Shown here in pieces: positions 1 to 12,718 of a stretch of 64,000 nt of DNA (its first letter is position 1; each line of letters starts with the position of its first letter). This DNA is from the human T2T-CHM13v2.0 reference genome, Homo sapiens, in NCBI RefSeq assembly GCF_009914755.1, contig NC_060936.1, one strand, 5' to 3'. Both the position numbers and the translations under genes were made by a program. A model generated the notes under the pieces. That model was given only the letters and a program-made list of their open reading frames with translations. It ran no database searches and was not told the DNA's origin.

Positions 1-77
1 CGCAGGTATCCCTCTTTCTTGAAGAGTGGAGAGAGGAGGACATAGGCAGGGGAAGGCGCTGGAGGCGGGGGCCTTAC

Positions 78-225
78 CTATGAGTACTCTTGCCTGGTGA
101 GCATCGATCCATAGGTACAGGCTCTCCTCCTGCGGCGGCCCGGCCTCCGCCCGCAGTGCCAGCAGGCACAGGAGGATGCTCCAGAGCCAGAGCGCGGCGG
201 CAGGGAAGGCGCTCCTCCGGGCCAT
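78..225 (-). CDS. WIF1: WNT inhibitory factor 1, coding part of exon 1 (signal peptide and start of the WIF domain); the gene continues off the left edge
   Basis: The reverse complement from ATG at 225 translates to [49 protein letters not shown](G). It ends at a canonical donor ATAG|GTAAGG (GT at 77-76); 148 nt, phase 1. Confidence 0.97.
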
Positions 226-856
226 GCTGCTCAGGACCTCCTCGCTGCCGGGAAAACTCCTCGTGCCGCACCTACGCAACCTGGCGCCGTCAGATACTCT
301 GCTGCGCTGCAGCTCCCTCAGCCAGGGCTGTTCCCGTTTAGACGGCTGGGCGCGTCGCCTCCCGGCCTGGGTGCCAAGGAGCCTGCGAGAGCAGGAGGAG
401 GGGGCAGGCAGGACGCGGGAGGAGGAGGGGGGGACCAGCGGGCGCGAGTCGCGCAAGAAGATGGGGCGCGGGCGGGAGTGGGGGCGGCAGAGACGTAAGA
501 CTGGCAAAGCTGGCGAGGCCAGCAGTCAGCGGGGCAAATAGAGCGAGAACAGAAGAGCGGGAAGGGCTGGCGCGAGCGAGGTGCGAGCGAGGAGTGGGGC
601 CCGCGAGGCCTGGGCGGCCGCCACTTGGGGGCGCTGTGGGGCCCCCCCCGGGGGCGGGGCCGCGAGGGACCCCCGAGGCTGCATTCACAGTGCGGTGCGC
701 CCAGTGGAGCGCCCGCGAAGTGGGCGTGTAGGGCTGGCGGACCCGGAGAAGGGCACTCAGAGACCCCTGGGACATCACTCGCCACCTCCTCGGGCCAAGG
801 GAGGCTTCGGGGGAGGGAAATGGGGAGAGCAGACAACGCTGGGCTTGACTGAGTGC

Positions 857-906
857 TGATGATGGTGATGGTGATGGTGATGATGATGATGATGATGAGG
901 TGATGA
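857..906. repeat. Compound microsatellite (GATGGT)n/(GAT)n
   Basis: tgatgatggtgatggtgatggtgatgatgatgatgatgatgaggtgatga. Confidence 0.9.
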
Positions 907-1298
907 CTCCTGTTCCTCCTCCGGCGCTCACTGAAGGCGCAAATTGCCCTTCGTCTCCCTTTCAGCCAGTAGGATTCCTCTCTCCGCCAACCCTATGCGC
1001 TCCGTTCTGCGATAGGCTGGCACTTTGCGCGCTCCCAAGCAGTTAAAACTCGAGGCTCGACTGTCCGATGGTGCCGATGGCAGGCGCTGGCCTTGGCTCG
1101 AGGCGCAGGGCGTCCAGCTGGTACTTGCCCGACACCCAGCATTTGGGGATTCCCGTCTGTCTCCCTGATAACCCTGCAGTGCCCGGAAGAGTGCCCTGGG
1201 CCCTGGACGATAGCTGTACCTGACCCTCCGGGGTAGGGCTCCTCTAACATCGTGGATATCTTCACGTTTGCTGATATTTTTTAAAAGTTGCTGAATTC

Positions 1299-1609
1299 GG
1301 CCGGGCGCGATGGCTCACGCCTGTAATCCCTGCACTTTGGGAGGCCAAGGCGGGCGGATCACCTGAGGTCAGGAGTTCGAGACCAGCTTGGCCAGCGTGG
1401 TGAAACCCCGTCTCTACTAAAAATGCAAAAATTAGCTGGGCATGGTGGCGGGGGCCTGTAGTCCTAGCTACCCGGGAGGCTGAGGCAGGAGAATCACTTG
1501 AACCGGGAGGCGGAGGTTGCATTAAGCCAAGATCGTGGCACTGCACTCCAGCCTGGGCGATAGAGCGAGACTCCGTCTCAAAAAATATATAAATAAATAA
1601 ATAAAATAA
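1299..1609 (+). mobile_element. Full-length AluS-type SINE
   Basis: GGCCGGGCGCGATGGCTCAC start, two arms and an A-rich tail. Target duplication AAAAGTTGC(T/C)GAATTC at 1283-1298 and 1616-1631. Confidence 0.95.
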
Positions 1610-2189
1610 TTTTTTAAAAGTTGCCGAATTCACAGGTGCGTGGGGGCAAAACCAAGGCTCTGGCCTCGTCTGTGAGAAGCATGCTTGGCCGGCAGTGGGC
1701 TGCAGCATAACCTATCCACCTGGCCCAGCAGAAAGAACTGATTTTTGCCTCCTGCCTAATTCCTCGGATGCACAAAGAAAACGGAAGCAAAAGGGTTTTG
1801 TTTTGTTTTGTTTTTAATTAAAAAACTTAGCCTTCGGACTCATAAAAGGTTCATTTACTTGTGTTTGTTCTTTAGTACCCGAAGCTGTGACAAATGCCTC
1901 AAGGATCAAATGTCTGGGGCTGGGCGTGGTGTTTCAATCAGTCCTTTATAGAGTAGCAGATGCCTCAAGAGGGAAAAACAAACAGAAACAACAGAAGAGA
2001 TGGTGGACATGTGCAGGCATCAAGTTAAATCAGTGTTAGGTTCTGAGAATATAGATTTCCAATGAGGAAATATTTGCAGCTATACAACCAACCAATAGAA
2101 AAAAAAAAAAGGAAAAAAGGAATTAGACAAGAAGTCTATGACTGATTTGAACTTGCAGTGTCTTAATTTTTAAAGTACTTTTATTTTAA

Positions 2190-2370
2190 GTGCTTACTTA
2201 ATCCTCACAACTCTTAAGTAGGTACTACTATTATTCTTATTTTACTGACGAGGAAAGAGGGCTCAAAAAGTCCAGTAAGTTGACTGTGGATATCCAGCTG
2301 GTAAATGAGAGTAAGGGTTCAAATCCCAGACACTCTGATTTCAAAGCCCATTTTCTTAGTAACTTATACC
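2190..2370 (-). mobile_element. MIR fragment
   Basis: ttaatcctcacaac...tattttactgacgaggaaagaggggctca resembles the MIR core. Confidence 0.65.
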
Positions 2371-3349
2371 TCATACTGATAAATAAATCATAATTAAGTC
2401 TATTTGCATCCAAAGCTTCACAGTGATTCTTCCTTTACAATAAAAATATTTACCTGTTTCCCAACATTGCATTATTTTTTATTTCTATGAATATTCATGT
2501 ATATAATGTATGAACATTAGGCTACTTTTAAAACACTTTAATGTTATAATGCCAGTGTCACCCAGGTAAAGATAATAATTTCACAGCACAATAGGCATTT
2601 TCTTTAACTCGGAGCGAGTGGTTTTAACATTTTTTTCTAGTTCTGCGCAAACCTCTATGGCTCTTGGTGCAAGGACGCCCTCTACAGGTTTTCCTAATCA
2701 AATACTAATTGAGAAATATTCATAAAATTTATTTTTTGGTGCAAGAAAAAGAGGAACTAAATTCTCTCCTAACTCGGTTTCCTCTGAGTGAGGTTCTTCT
2801 GCAGCAGTTGAATTTGGTGTTGATAACAATGGTAATCTATCTTGCTATAAGGATGTTTTTTTTCTTCCAGAATGGTTGTTTTCTGTTTACTTCTCTCCAG
2901 CACAGGACACTTAGAAAAATTATATTTTATTAGAGATAGATAAAGAGAAATGCTATTTAAAAAATTTTTGATATAAACTCGTTTGGTTATTAAAGGGGAC
3001 AAAGGAACACATGTTTTGTTATACAACAGTGATTTTTAAGGGTAGCAGCGTGGTTCTTTTTGTAGGGAGGTCTATCTCTAAGAGATGAATCAGGCTTGAC
3101 TCTCCTTTCTGTTGTTAAGGAGCAGTTATGTAGCTATTTCATTAAGAATTGATTTAAGTTTTTAAATTTCTTTAAACAAACATGTGACAATATTTACTAG
3201 CATATGATAAAAATTTGGAAATAATGTGCTAGGCAAGTCAACTTCATTTCGTTTGAAAATTCTGCCATTTATTTTCCAGTTCATTATGCTTCCTTTCCTT
3301 GTGCGATTCCCTCTCATCAATTATGTGTGCAGGCAGCTTCATTTATTTG

Positions 3350-4080
3350 TTCATTAACTCATTTGCTTATTCAACAAAGATTTATTAAACAGCTATTATA
3401 TGTAAGACACTGACCTGGAAATTATAGTACAAATAAAACATGATCATAGCCTTCAAAGAGCAATAGAGCTACTAAAATAAGTAAGACAAGTACCTAAACA
3501 ACCATAATACAAGGCAGAATGTGGTGATTGTTGATAAGGCAGAATGACTGGAAATTCATAGAAGAAATCTTGTATCTAGAATTCTGCACATTTGTTTGTT
3601 CATTCATTCATTCAAAATATATTTACCCGGTGTCTGATGTTTGCCGTATATAAGCACAGGGGATAGAAAGGTAAGTAAAAAGACAGCCCTGCTGTCAAAG
3701 AACTCTCAGTCTAACAAGGGAGTGTGTTGAGAATAAACAATAGAGAGGAATGAACGCCATGGTGGGAAAATGCACAGGGTATTTTGGGACTCGAGGAAAA
3801 TCCTTCGAGGCAGACTGGGTTCTGGGAAGACTTTCTAGAGTAGAGCATACTTGAGCAGTCTTGAAGGTCAAAGGGGAATTGAGCATGCAAGGGGGAAAGA
3901 TAAGGAACATCCATGCATAGACAGTGGCAATAGTGAGAGCAAGAGACATGAGAAAGAATGGCACCATGCAGGATCTGCAGGTGCTGACCTGTAGTATGAT
4001 GAGCCTGGAATGGGAGAGGGAAGGAGCAGCTGGAGATGAAGCCCAAAATGTAGGTAGGACCTGGTTATGGAAGATTGTGC
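3350..4080 (-). mobile_element. L2 fragments
   Basis: (CATT)n-type L2 3' end (cattcattcattcaaaatatattta) followed by degraded L2-like sequence. Confidence 0.55.
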
Positions 4081-4084
4081 TGAG

Positions 4085-4762
4085 AACAATTCCAAATAAT
4101 TTGTTTAGAGACGCTGTCCTCAAAGAGGCGAGGCGTAACTCCCCACTCCTGAAGTGTGGGATGTGCAGAGTGACTTCCTTTTATAGCGTGCAGTGTGGAA
4201 AGTGGGGAAAGTAACAAACCTGACAAACACTACTTCAACTAGGTGATCAAGATCATCAACAGTGATGAGTCATGTGATAGTATGTGCCCTTGATATGATG
4301 TGATGAGAATGGTACTTTACCTATGTGATCTTGCTCCTGAAAACCCATAACCCCAGTCTAGTCACAAGAAAAATATCAGAAAAACCCAACTGAAGGACAT
4401 TCTACAAAATTCCTGATCAGTATGCCTCAAAACTGTCAGTGATCAAACAAAAAAGGGAAGTCTGAGAAACTCGTAGCCAAGAGGAACCTAAAGACACATG
4501 ACTACCAAATGTAATGTGCTATCCTGGACAGCATCCAGGAATAGAAAAAAGACATTAGGTAAAGCTAAGGAAATGTAAGTCAACTACTAATAACACTGTA
4601 TCAATATTGGCTCATTAATTGTGACAAATGTACCATTCTAATATAGGATGTTAATAACAGGGAAAATTGGGTGTGGGGGTATATGGAAACTCTCTGTACT
4701 ATCTTTGCCATTTTTGCTGTAAATCTAAAACTGTTCTAAAATATAAAGCTTATTTTAAAAAT
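4085..4762 (+). mobile_element. Old L1 3' UTR (L1MC/L1MD-like)
   Basis: aaacctgacaaacactac...gatatgatgtgatgagaatgg...ggaaactctctgtactatcttt...taaatctaaaactgttctaaa, typical of L1M 3' ends. Confidence 0.7.
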
Positions 4763-6781
4763 TAAAGATCAAGACTTGAATATGTTTAAAAAATCTTAGC
4801 TGCTGACATTTGAAAAGCAGATTTTTTAATTAAAAATTTGATTTCTGGCTGCTCTTGAAAATGTAGAGATCTGACAATATTCCCTTCTTAGAAAGAATCA
4901 GATGGTGTGAGTAGTGACTGCCCTTCAAAGAGGACTAGCGTGCCCAGTCGTTACAGTTGCACTACTCTTCCATCCAGCATGCTTTGCTCTTTTACTTGAC
5001 CATCTAGGCTTCTGTAGGCTCCTGAGTTTGCCATGCATATCCTGGAGGAGACCCGGAGGGACAGGGAAGAAGAAGGTATCTGAGGGGGCTGAAGCCAGTG
5101 CTCATCTTGGAAGTGCAGTTGTGTGGGAACCAGGGCAACACAGCTCTAGAGGTAGGTCTTGTCAGTGTCCAGCCATTCATTCACCCAGGCAAGTTGCCAG
5201 AACTATCTTGGTGACTGCAGGCATTGGGACTGAGACTGGTGCATATCAGCTGCACCCTAAGCTGTGTCTTGGAGAAGGAAGGAAAAGATACCCCTGTACT
5301 ACACTGCTGTGGAGAGGGAGACATGAGATAGTAAATGAAAAGGGCAAGTTGGCGAGGATTATGCTTAAAAAACAAACTCTCTTCTTATACTACCATATAT
5401 AATAGCTATATATAACTATGGATAGACTATAACTGTCTACCTTTTCTATAACGTCTGAAAGTTTATATAACAAAATATTTCTAGTGGTTACCTATGGGAA
5501 GTAGGAACACAGATAGGGAATGATTTTCCATTTATGCACAAATATTTTCTGATTCGTAATAAAATTAGAAGATGCTTTTGTAATTAAAAACCATTTTAAA
5601 GAACAGAAAAAGGTTGTTTTATGCCTGCTTCAGTCGGTTTCTCCTGAAGTAAGCAGCTGTCAACACCTAGGTTAGCACCTCTCGCTATGCGGCTTGCACA
5701 CTTTACCACTTAAGAACTGCACATGACAACACATGACAGCTCATTACTGAAGCACAGCACAGCCGGAGTATTCCTCATCATCCTATGCGACATTCTTGCC
5801 CTTCTTTCTTCACATGATGGCATTGCCAAGCAACCTAGCATATCTTGTCTTCCAAAAACCATGTCTATTCTTTTCTGTTCATCCATGCTGTTTTATCCTT
5901 ATGACATTTAATGAAGGGTTTTTTTTATATGATAGGGAAGAAAGGGAAAACAATTTCATTGCCCAATAGTAGAGGAATGAGAAAGCAAATTAGAATATCT
6001 TCATAGGAAGAAGTATTATTGAACTATTAAAATTGATGTTCTGAAAGATATTAAACCATGAATCTATCACCACAATAACAATAATAGATATTACCTATCA
6101 CTCCCAAAAGTTTAGCAAAATCTACACTTGAAATATGTGCAGTTTATTGGATGTCCACTATATTTAATTAAACCTGTTTTAAAGAAATTTTAAAAAATAG
6201 TGTTTCATCAGGAAGAAAAAAATGGTAAATTGGACTATATTAAAATTAAGAAACTCTTATCAAAAGACAGTATTGAGAGTGAAATGACAAGCCATAGAAT
6301 GGGAGAAGATATGTGGATGTATGAGACTCTTATCCGGATCATATAAAGAATTTCTACAAATCTACAAGTGAAAAGAGAGTCCAGTAGAAAAACGGTCAAA
6401 GGCTTGAACAGGCACTTCGTTAAAGAACATACCTAAATGCCAATTAACACATTAAAAATGGCAACTTTATTAGCCATCAGAGAAATGTGAATTAAAACTA
6501 CAGTGAGAAACCTCTTCAGCCCCATCAGAATGGTTAAAATGAAATAGAAAGAATATATGAGGTTAGTGAGGATATGAAGCAAACAAAACTTATATACTGC
6601 TGGCAGGAATGTAAATTGGTACAACCATTTTTGAAAACTGAAAAGAAGTACTAAAGCTGAACCCAGAAATTATATTCTCAGGTATAAGCCCAACAAAAAA
6701 AGACATATGTCTATATATATACACACACACATATATATATGTATGTATGTATATATAGTCATCCAAAGTAATATATAAATA

Positions 6782-6817
<36 letters not shown>

Positions 6818-6965
6818 GTCATCCAAAGACATGTTTATAAAATCCCTGTTTATAATGGCACCAAAATAGAAACAACCCAAATATCTATTGACAGTGGAAT
6901 GGATAAAGAAATTGTTACATATTTATAAATGGAATACTACATAGCAATAAGAATAACAAATTGTA

Positions 6966-7024
6966 TTAGTTTTTGCAATTAAAAACAATGGTAAAAAGTC
7001 GCAATTACTTTTGCCCCATCCTAA
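6966..7024. mobile_element. MADE1 (Hsmar1 mariner MITE), left TIR partly deleted
   Basis: ttag...aatggtaaaaagtcgcaattacttttgccccatcctaa flanked by TA on both sides; matches the MADE1 right half as recalled. Confidence 0.75.
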
Positions 7025-7478
7025 TAATTACAACATTAATGACTCTTGAAAACATCATGTTGAGTTAAAAAAGCCAAAATGTACATACTTTGGCTTTAAA
7101 TATGATTCCATATTTAAAAAATTCAAAAATATAAGAAACTAATCTATGATATTAGAAATCAAGATAATGATAACCTTTGAAGAGTGGTAATGATTGGAAA
7201 GGACATAAAAGAGGCTTCAGTGGTACTAGTAATGTTTTGTTTCTTGATTTGAATCTTGGCTACATGAGAATGTTTCTTCTGTGAAAATTCAGTAAGTTGT
7301 CCACCTATGATTGACATACTTTTCTATATGCATGTTATATTTTAATAAAACATTTATTAAAATTAGAAAAAATCAAGAATGGGCTAGAAGAAAACATGGG
7401 CAAATGTACTTGTAAGTTTAGAATGGGGAAGGCCTTTCTAAGGAAGACAAAAACTATTTTTTAAAGATATATAAATTT

Positions 7479-7774
7479 GGCCAGGTGCAGTGGCTCATGC
7501 CTGTAATCCCAGCACTTCAGGAGGCTGAAGTGGGAGGATTGCTTGAGCTCAGGAGTTTGGGACCAGCCTGGGCAACATAGCAAGATCCCCATCTCCACAA
7601 AAGTTTTAAAAATAGTCAGGTGTGGTGGCATGGGCCTGTAGTTCTAGCTCTTGGGAGGCTGAGGTGGGAGGATCTCTTGAGCCCAGGAATTTAAGGCTGC
7701 AGTGAGCTATGATCACTTGCCTGCACTCCAGCCTGGGCAACAGAGCAAGACTATGTCTCAAAAAAAAAAGAAAA
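7479..7774 (+). mobile_element. AluJ-type SINE
   Basis: Full dimer with J-type features (ggattgcttgagctcaggag). TSD AAAGATA(T/A)ATAAATTT. Confidence 0.92.
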
Positions 7775-10082
7775 AAGATAAATAAATTTGACCTGAAAAA
7801 AGTTTTAAATAGCTATGTAGCAAAACCCACTGTAAACAAAATACTAGGGAAAATATCTGCAAAAACATGACAAAGGGAAATTTTCCTAAATTTCTAAAAT
7901 GTATGTACTAACCAGTAAGTATGCCATCCAGTAGAAAAATGGACAAGGATATAGATGAAATATAGATGATTAACAGAAACAGAAAGACAAAAAGTTACTT
8001 CATTCATAATGAAAGAGAAATGTTTTGTTTTACAGATTGCCCAAATATAAAATATTGATAAATATAAAATTAAACAAATTAAAAAGTAAATACACATAAA
8101 TATTATCAAGAATATACGAATCAGATAATATAATACATTATTGGTGAGAGTGTAAATTGGTTCATCTTTTTTGGAGAACAATGTTCTATTTCTCAATATC
8201 CATAAAAATTCAACATCCATATATCCTTTGACTCAATAATTCCACTGCTAGGAGTATGAATATACTTGAAATATACTGACTTCTTTCTAATCTAAGTTCT
8301 AGCTTTCTACCCATTCCTACATTCAGAAAGTTATCACAGACACAGACATCCTAGAACGCAGACACTTGAAGCACTAAAAAATTCCGTGGGTAACAGAAGT
8401 ACTATATAAAGGAACTTAATTCAGAATAAACCTCAAATAATGAAATGAGACAATTTTGACATATTGCTTTGATGAGGCCATTTTGCCTGGAAAGGGAGTG
8501 GGCACGCCATTTTCACCCATCTTTTTGACAGAGTTGTTTTGGTGTCAATAGGAACGTGCCTGCCACTGCCACAAAGTAACCCTCATTTCTTCTTTCCCTG
8601 AGATTTTCTGTGTCTGATGAGGCTGAGAAATGGCAAAAAGCTGAGGGGTGGGGTGAAAACATCTAGTTCGTATATTATGTGGGAAAAAAATATTGAATAT
8701 GTGATGGTCTATAAACATTCTAGAAAGAAATTTAGGTAAGCATTTGGCAATCTTTCTAAACAAAAATATTGAAGCCAGAAGCCACATAAAAGATAGTCTA
8801 TCATCTATCTTTGCCTTTTATGTGGTTTCTGTATATGTGCATATCTATATATCTATATCTATTTACCTAGATATAGTACATATCTATATAGATACCTCTA
8901 TTTACATAGATACAGATACATAAATATAGGTATTGGTATAGGTATAGATACACTCAGTGATTCCAGCAGAAAAACGTTAAAGGATTAATTAAACAACATT
9001 AAAGAATTAAATTAAAGAAACAACATTAAAGGATACACGATGTCCTCAGGGGAAAATGTTGGGTTAAAATCCCTAATATAACTTGCCAAATTTTTAAAAA
9101 AGAGATAAACCTGAAATAATTTTTTTAAAAAAGCGATGAATATTCCAATAGAAAAATGGGCAAAGCTCCAGGTAATTCACACATACACACAACACTCAAA
9201 TAAATGAAAAACTATGGTCATTTAACCTTTTTAAAAGATGTTTAACTTCACTGGTAATCACAGAAATACAAATTAAAACAATGAGATATTCTTTTGTTAC
9301 CTTTCATAAAAGTGAAGATGAAAATAACACTCATTATTGAGAGTATGAATTGATGCAATCTATCCAGAGAGCAAGATGGTAACTTGTATCAATATTTTAG
9401 ATGGGGGTATACTCTTTAACAAGAATTTTTTCTTTTGAGGATTTATGAAATAATAAGATATGCTTAAAACATATGAACAAAAATGTTTTTGGAAAACTTT
9501 ATAATATTAAAGAATTAGAAACAATGCTCCGTGTAATATATCCATGAAACAAACCTGCACATATACCTCCTGAATCTAAATTTTTAAAAGAAAATTCTTA
9601 TATTTAAAAATCTTCAATATATGGGCATTTGCTTTATTTTAAAATTAAGCTTCAAAAGTAATTAACAGTAAATTATTAGTAGATGAAAAATGGTTTAAAG
9701 CTTATTGTATAATTTAGATAAGGTCTCATCTGTCTTTTCCACTGCTAAGAGATGAGTCTTTTGGTTACAGCTCTCTCGGTCCTGTGGGGACCTCAACGAG
9801 GAATGTTGTCTGACACTGGAAATAGGAGACTTGAGAATATTTTTTTAACAAATTTTGACAAAAGAATTTTTTTTAAAAAAGCTTTATTTATGAGACATTA
9901 TTATCATCAAGAAAGGAGAAATTTCTAGACACTAGAACACAGAAGTAGCACTTCAAGATATTCCTTTCCTAGTGTGAACTTATCTGAGAAATTCAACTGG
10001 TAATCAGAAGATTGGCGAACATTAATCCAGGATGATCATCCAGCATGAGATTACTAGATGGCAAAGAGATACTTCATCTTGG

Positions 10083-10500
10083 CCAGTGGGTCTCATCTGT
10101 AGCCCACCAGGAAGCATTTTAGAAAATTTTTGGTTGTTGAGACTGGAGAGTACTTTGGGCTCTTACAGGTATAAGCCAGGGATGGTAGATGTCCTGCTAT
10201 GCTTGAGATAGGACCACACTAGAATTGTCCCAAGTCTACACATTTTTTGATTGCCTCAGTGGAGATTCATGTAGATGAAAAACCTATTCATACATATCCG
10301 AACCCTAGAAACCTAACTGCATTTTGCATTAAAAAACACATTTTTTTTTTGACACAGAATCTCCCTATGATGCCCAGGCTGGAGTGCGATAGTGCCATCT
10401 CACTGCAACCTCCGCCCCCTAAGTTCAAGCAATTCTCCTGCCTCAGCCGAGAAGCTGGGATTACAGGCATATACACTAAATTTTCCAGAACTACAATTCT
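10083..10500. mobile_element. hAT/Charlie-type (MER20-like) DNA transposon remnant containing an Alu right-arm fragment (about 10342-10470, minus strand)
   Basis: cagtgggtctca...tttttggttg...gccagggatg resembles the MER20 family; the Alu piece gcccaggctggagtgc...gctgggattacaggc is clear. Confidence 0.5.
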
Positions 10501-10914
10501 TGTGGATAATAAGATTCTCTGAAAAGTAAGAAAGTAAAATTCTACTTGGTTTTGTTCTGAACCTTACCTAGAATTGTTCGTATTTTATAAAAATCACATC
10601 ATCACACATCCGTTTTTTTCTTTTTATTTTCCTGTATTTTTTTTAATGCGGAACAGCTTCTGATCTTGTTACTTCCCTTAAAATGAAAACTTTTTCATCA
10701 AAGAAGGTGTAAGCATTTCATTACTTCACTTGTGTTCAACCATTTTCATTGTGAATACGTGTTATTTTATTACTTGATTTTTTTGCTTCTTTTATTTATG
10801 TTACAGTAGTGTACTGATTTTTTGAATTTATATTTGTCAAAGTAGATAATATTATTTATGGATTCTATTTGAAGATTATAAATAGATAAGAGCAGAATAT
10901 CTGTTATAAAAAGG

Positions 10915-11220
10915 CAGCTTTGGCTCATCCTGTAAAGTCTATATACTCTGTGATTCCATTTATGTGACATTCTAGAAAATCAACAGAAGGGGAAGACATC
11001 AATGGTGATCAGGGACTAAATGTTTGGGGGAGGGTTTGATTACATAGGAGTAGCATGAAGGAATTTTTTTGGGGGGAGGTCAATGTTAACTGCTGTGAAT
11101 CTTGACTATTGTGGTAATTACATGACTACTTGCAGTTGTCAAATATTATAGACATATACACCAATAAAAAAGTGAGTTTTACTGTATATAAATTTTAAAA
11201 TAAATTTAAATAATTTTAAA
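10915..11220 (+). mobile_element. Old L1 3' end fragment
   Basis: tatactctgtgattccatttatgtgacattctagaaaa...gtgagttttactgtatataaattttaaaataaa. Confidence 0.65.
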
Positions 11221-12718
11221 AACTGGAGGACAAACGGAAATAAAATCCAGAAAATAAAACAACCAAAATGGTGGCATTGAGTCTCATGTTAAAAACCACT
11301 AAACTATGCCTTTGAAACCCATGACTTTCCTGCCTCCAGAAACAGTTAACATCTCTAGTAAATGAACTACTTATTCCCGTCAGGGCCAATTTCATTCTCC
11401 TGTGACTAGTGTCAGCTATGTGGAGAAAAAAAATCTTTTTTTATTGAATTCATAGAAATGAATGAACTATATTTCAACCAAAGCCATCAACGTATTGGCA
11501 GTTAGAATGAAAACTTAGGTTACTTAATTCTAGTGATCTTTTTATTACGCTATACTGCCTTACTAGTTTTGTGTTGAAGTGGAAGAATACTGTGAATTCT
11601 TAAGTTTTTCCATTCATTGCCAGCATTACCCTTCTAAAGTAAAATAAAATAAAATAAAATAAAATACCATTACTCACATTATAGTGCCACCTGAGTTTAC
11701 TAAGAAAGTAGAAAAAAAAAGAAAACGCGATTTTCTTAATAACATTAGCATTCACATTCCTAGAAGAAAAGTGTACTGTAATGTCACTTCTATTGACAAA
11801 AAATACAAGTCTCTTGTGTTTTTATCAGGTGTTTACAATAGGTCAGTGTTTTGGCTATGGTGTTTAACGCTTTTTGCCATTTACGGTATATTCTGTAGCC
11901 TTCTAAAACTGCTTTGAGAAATTTTAACATGTAGAAATGTTTAGTTCACTTATTGCAGGCAATTAAAATAGTTAAGGGAGGAACATTAGCTAATAAAATG
12001 TCTTAATTTGGATAATATCCAAATAATAGGTGTCAAAATGATGAATTAATAGCTCTTAAAACTGACTTGCCAAACTGCTATTCAACCAATTAAGCCACAT
12101 GAGTAAGTAGCAAGAATATAACATTTAGATGACTATTAATTGGTAACTATGCTAAGAACCTGTAATTCAAATTCAGTATGTTTGGCTTTCTAAAAGAAGA
12201 ACCAAATAAATATTGGTTTAATAAATTCGCTTCACAGCAATTGACACTAGAATTGAGTGTGAATTCAAATATTTTAGAAATAATAAACAAAATGTACCTT
12301 TATGGATTGTAAACTGAATCATGGATTTGAAGGCAGGATGAGAGTTCTTCATGCCCATGTTGCACATTGCAGTATCTGTGGCACACAGTCAGCCTTCAAG
12401 AGGTATCCCTACTTCAGCTACTCATGACTGAGTTTGCAATCATCCTGTCCACCATCAATTTAAAATTGGTAGTTTCCATGATTTATCTAGCAGGGGGGTG
12501 AGTGGGGTAGAAGTATAGATGAAATAAGACTCTCCATGAATACTCAATAAGATAAATATAAGCTGAAACTTCTCCTGCTAGTTATGATGGAATAACTGGT
12601 ATTGGACTTGTCCTCCTATTGCAAACAACTAGAAAATTGGAGTATCTGAGGGGACCAAGAGTGGGGAGGCTGAGGCAACTGTAATTTGTAGAGCAAAGAA
12701 CTTAGATAATAGAGCTGT

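Larger units (their letters stand above)
1..1260 (-). promoter_or_regulatory. WIF1: CpG island spanning the WIF1 promoter and 5' UTR
   Basis: Very GC- and CpG-rich around the WIF1 start codon, with GC boxes (e.g. GGGGCGGGGC at 651-660). The exact TSS cannot be read from sequence. Confidence 0.88.
6200..8260 (+). mobile_element. Degraded L1M ORF2/3' end fragments, interrupted by MADE1, a microsatellite and an Alu
   Basis: L1 motifs such as gaatgggagaagatat, ttagccatcagagaaatgtgaattaaaac and gctggcaggaatgtaaattggtacaacc. Confidence 0.7.

Noticed and set aside
74-931. Overlapping ORFs in the WIF1 CpG island, including a possible upstream ORF at 74-271
   Set aside because: GC-rich stop-poor sequence. 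The 74-271 frame starts at GTG, and the true WIF1 frame is a different, spliced one.
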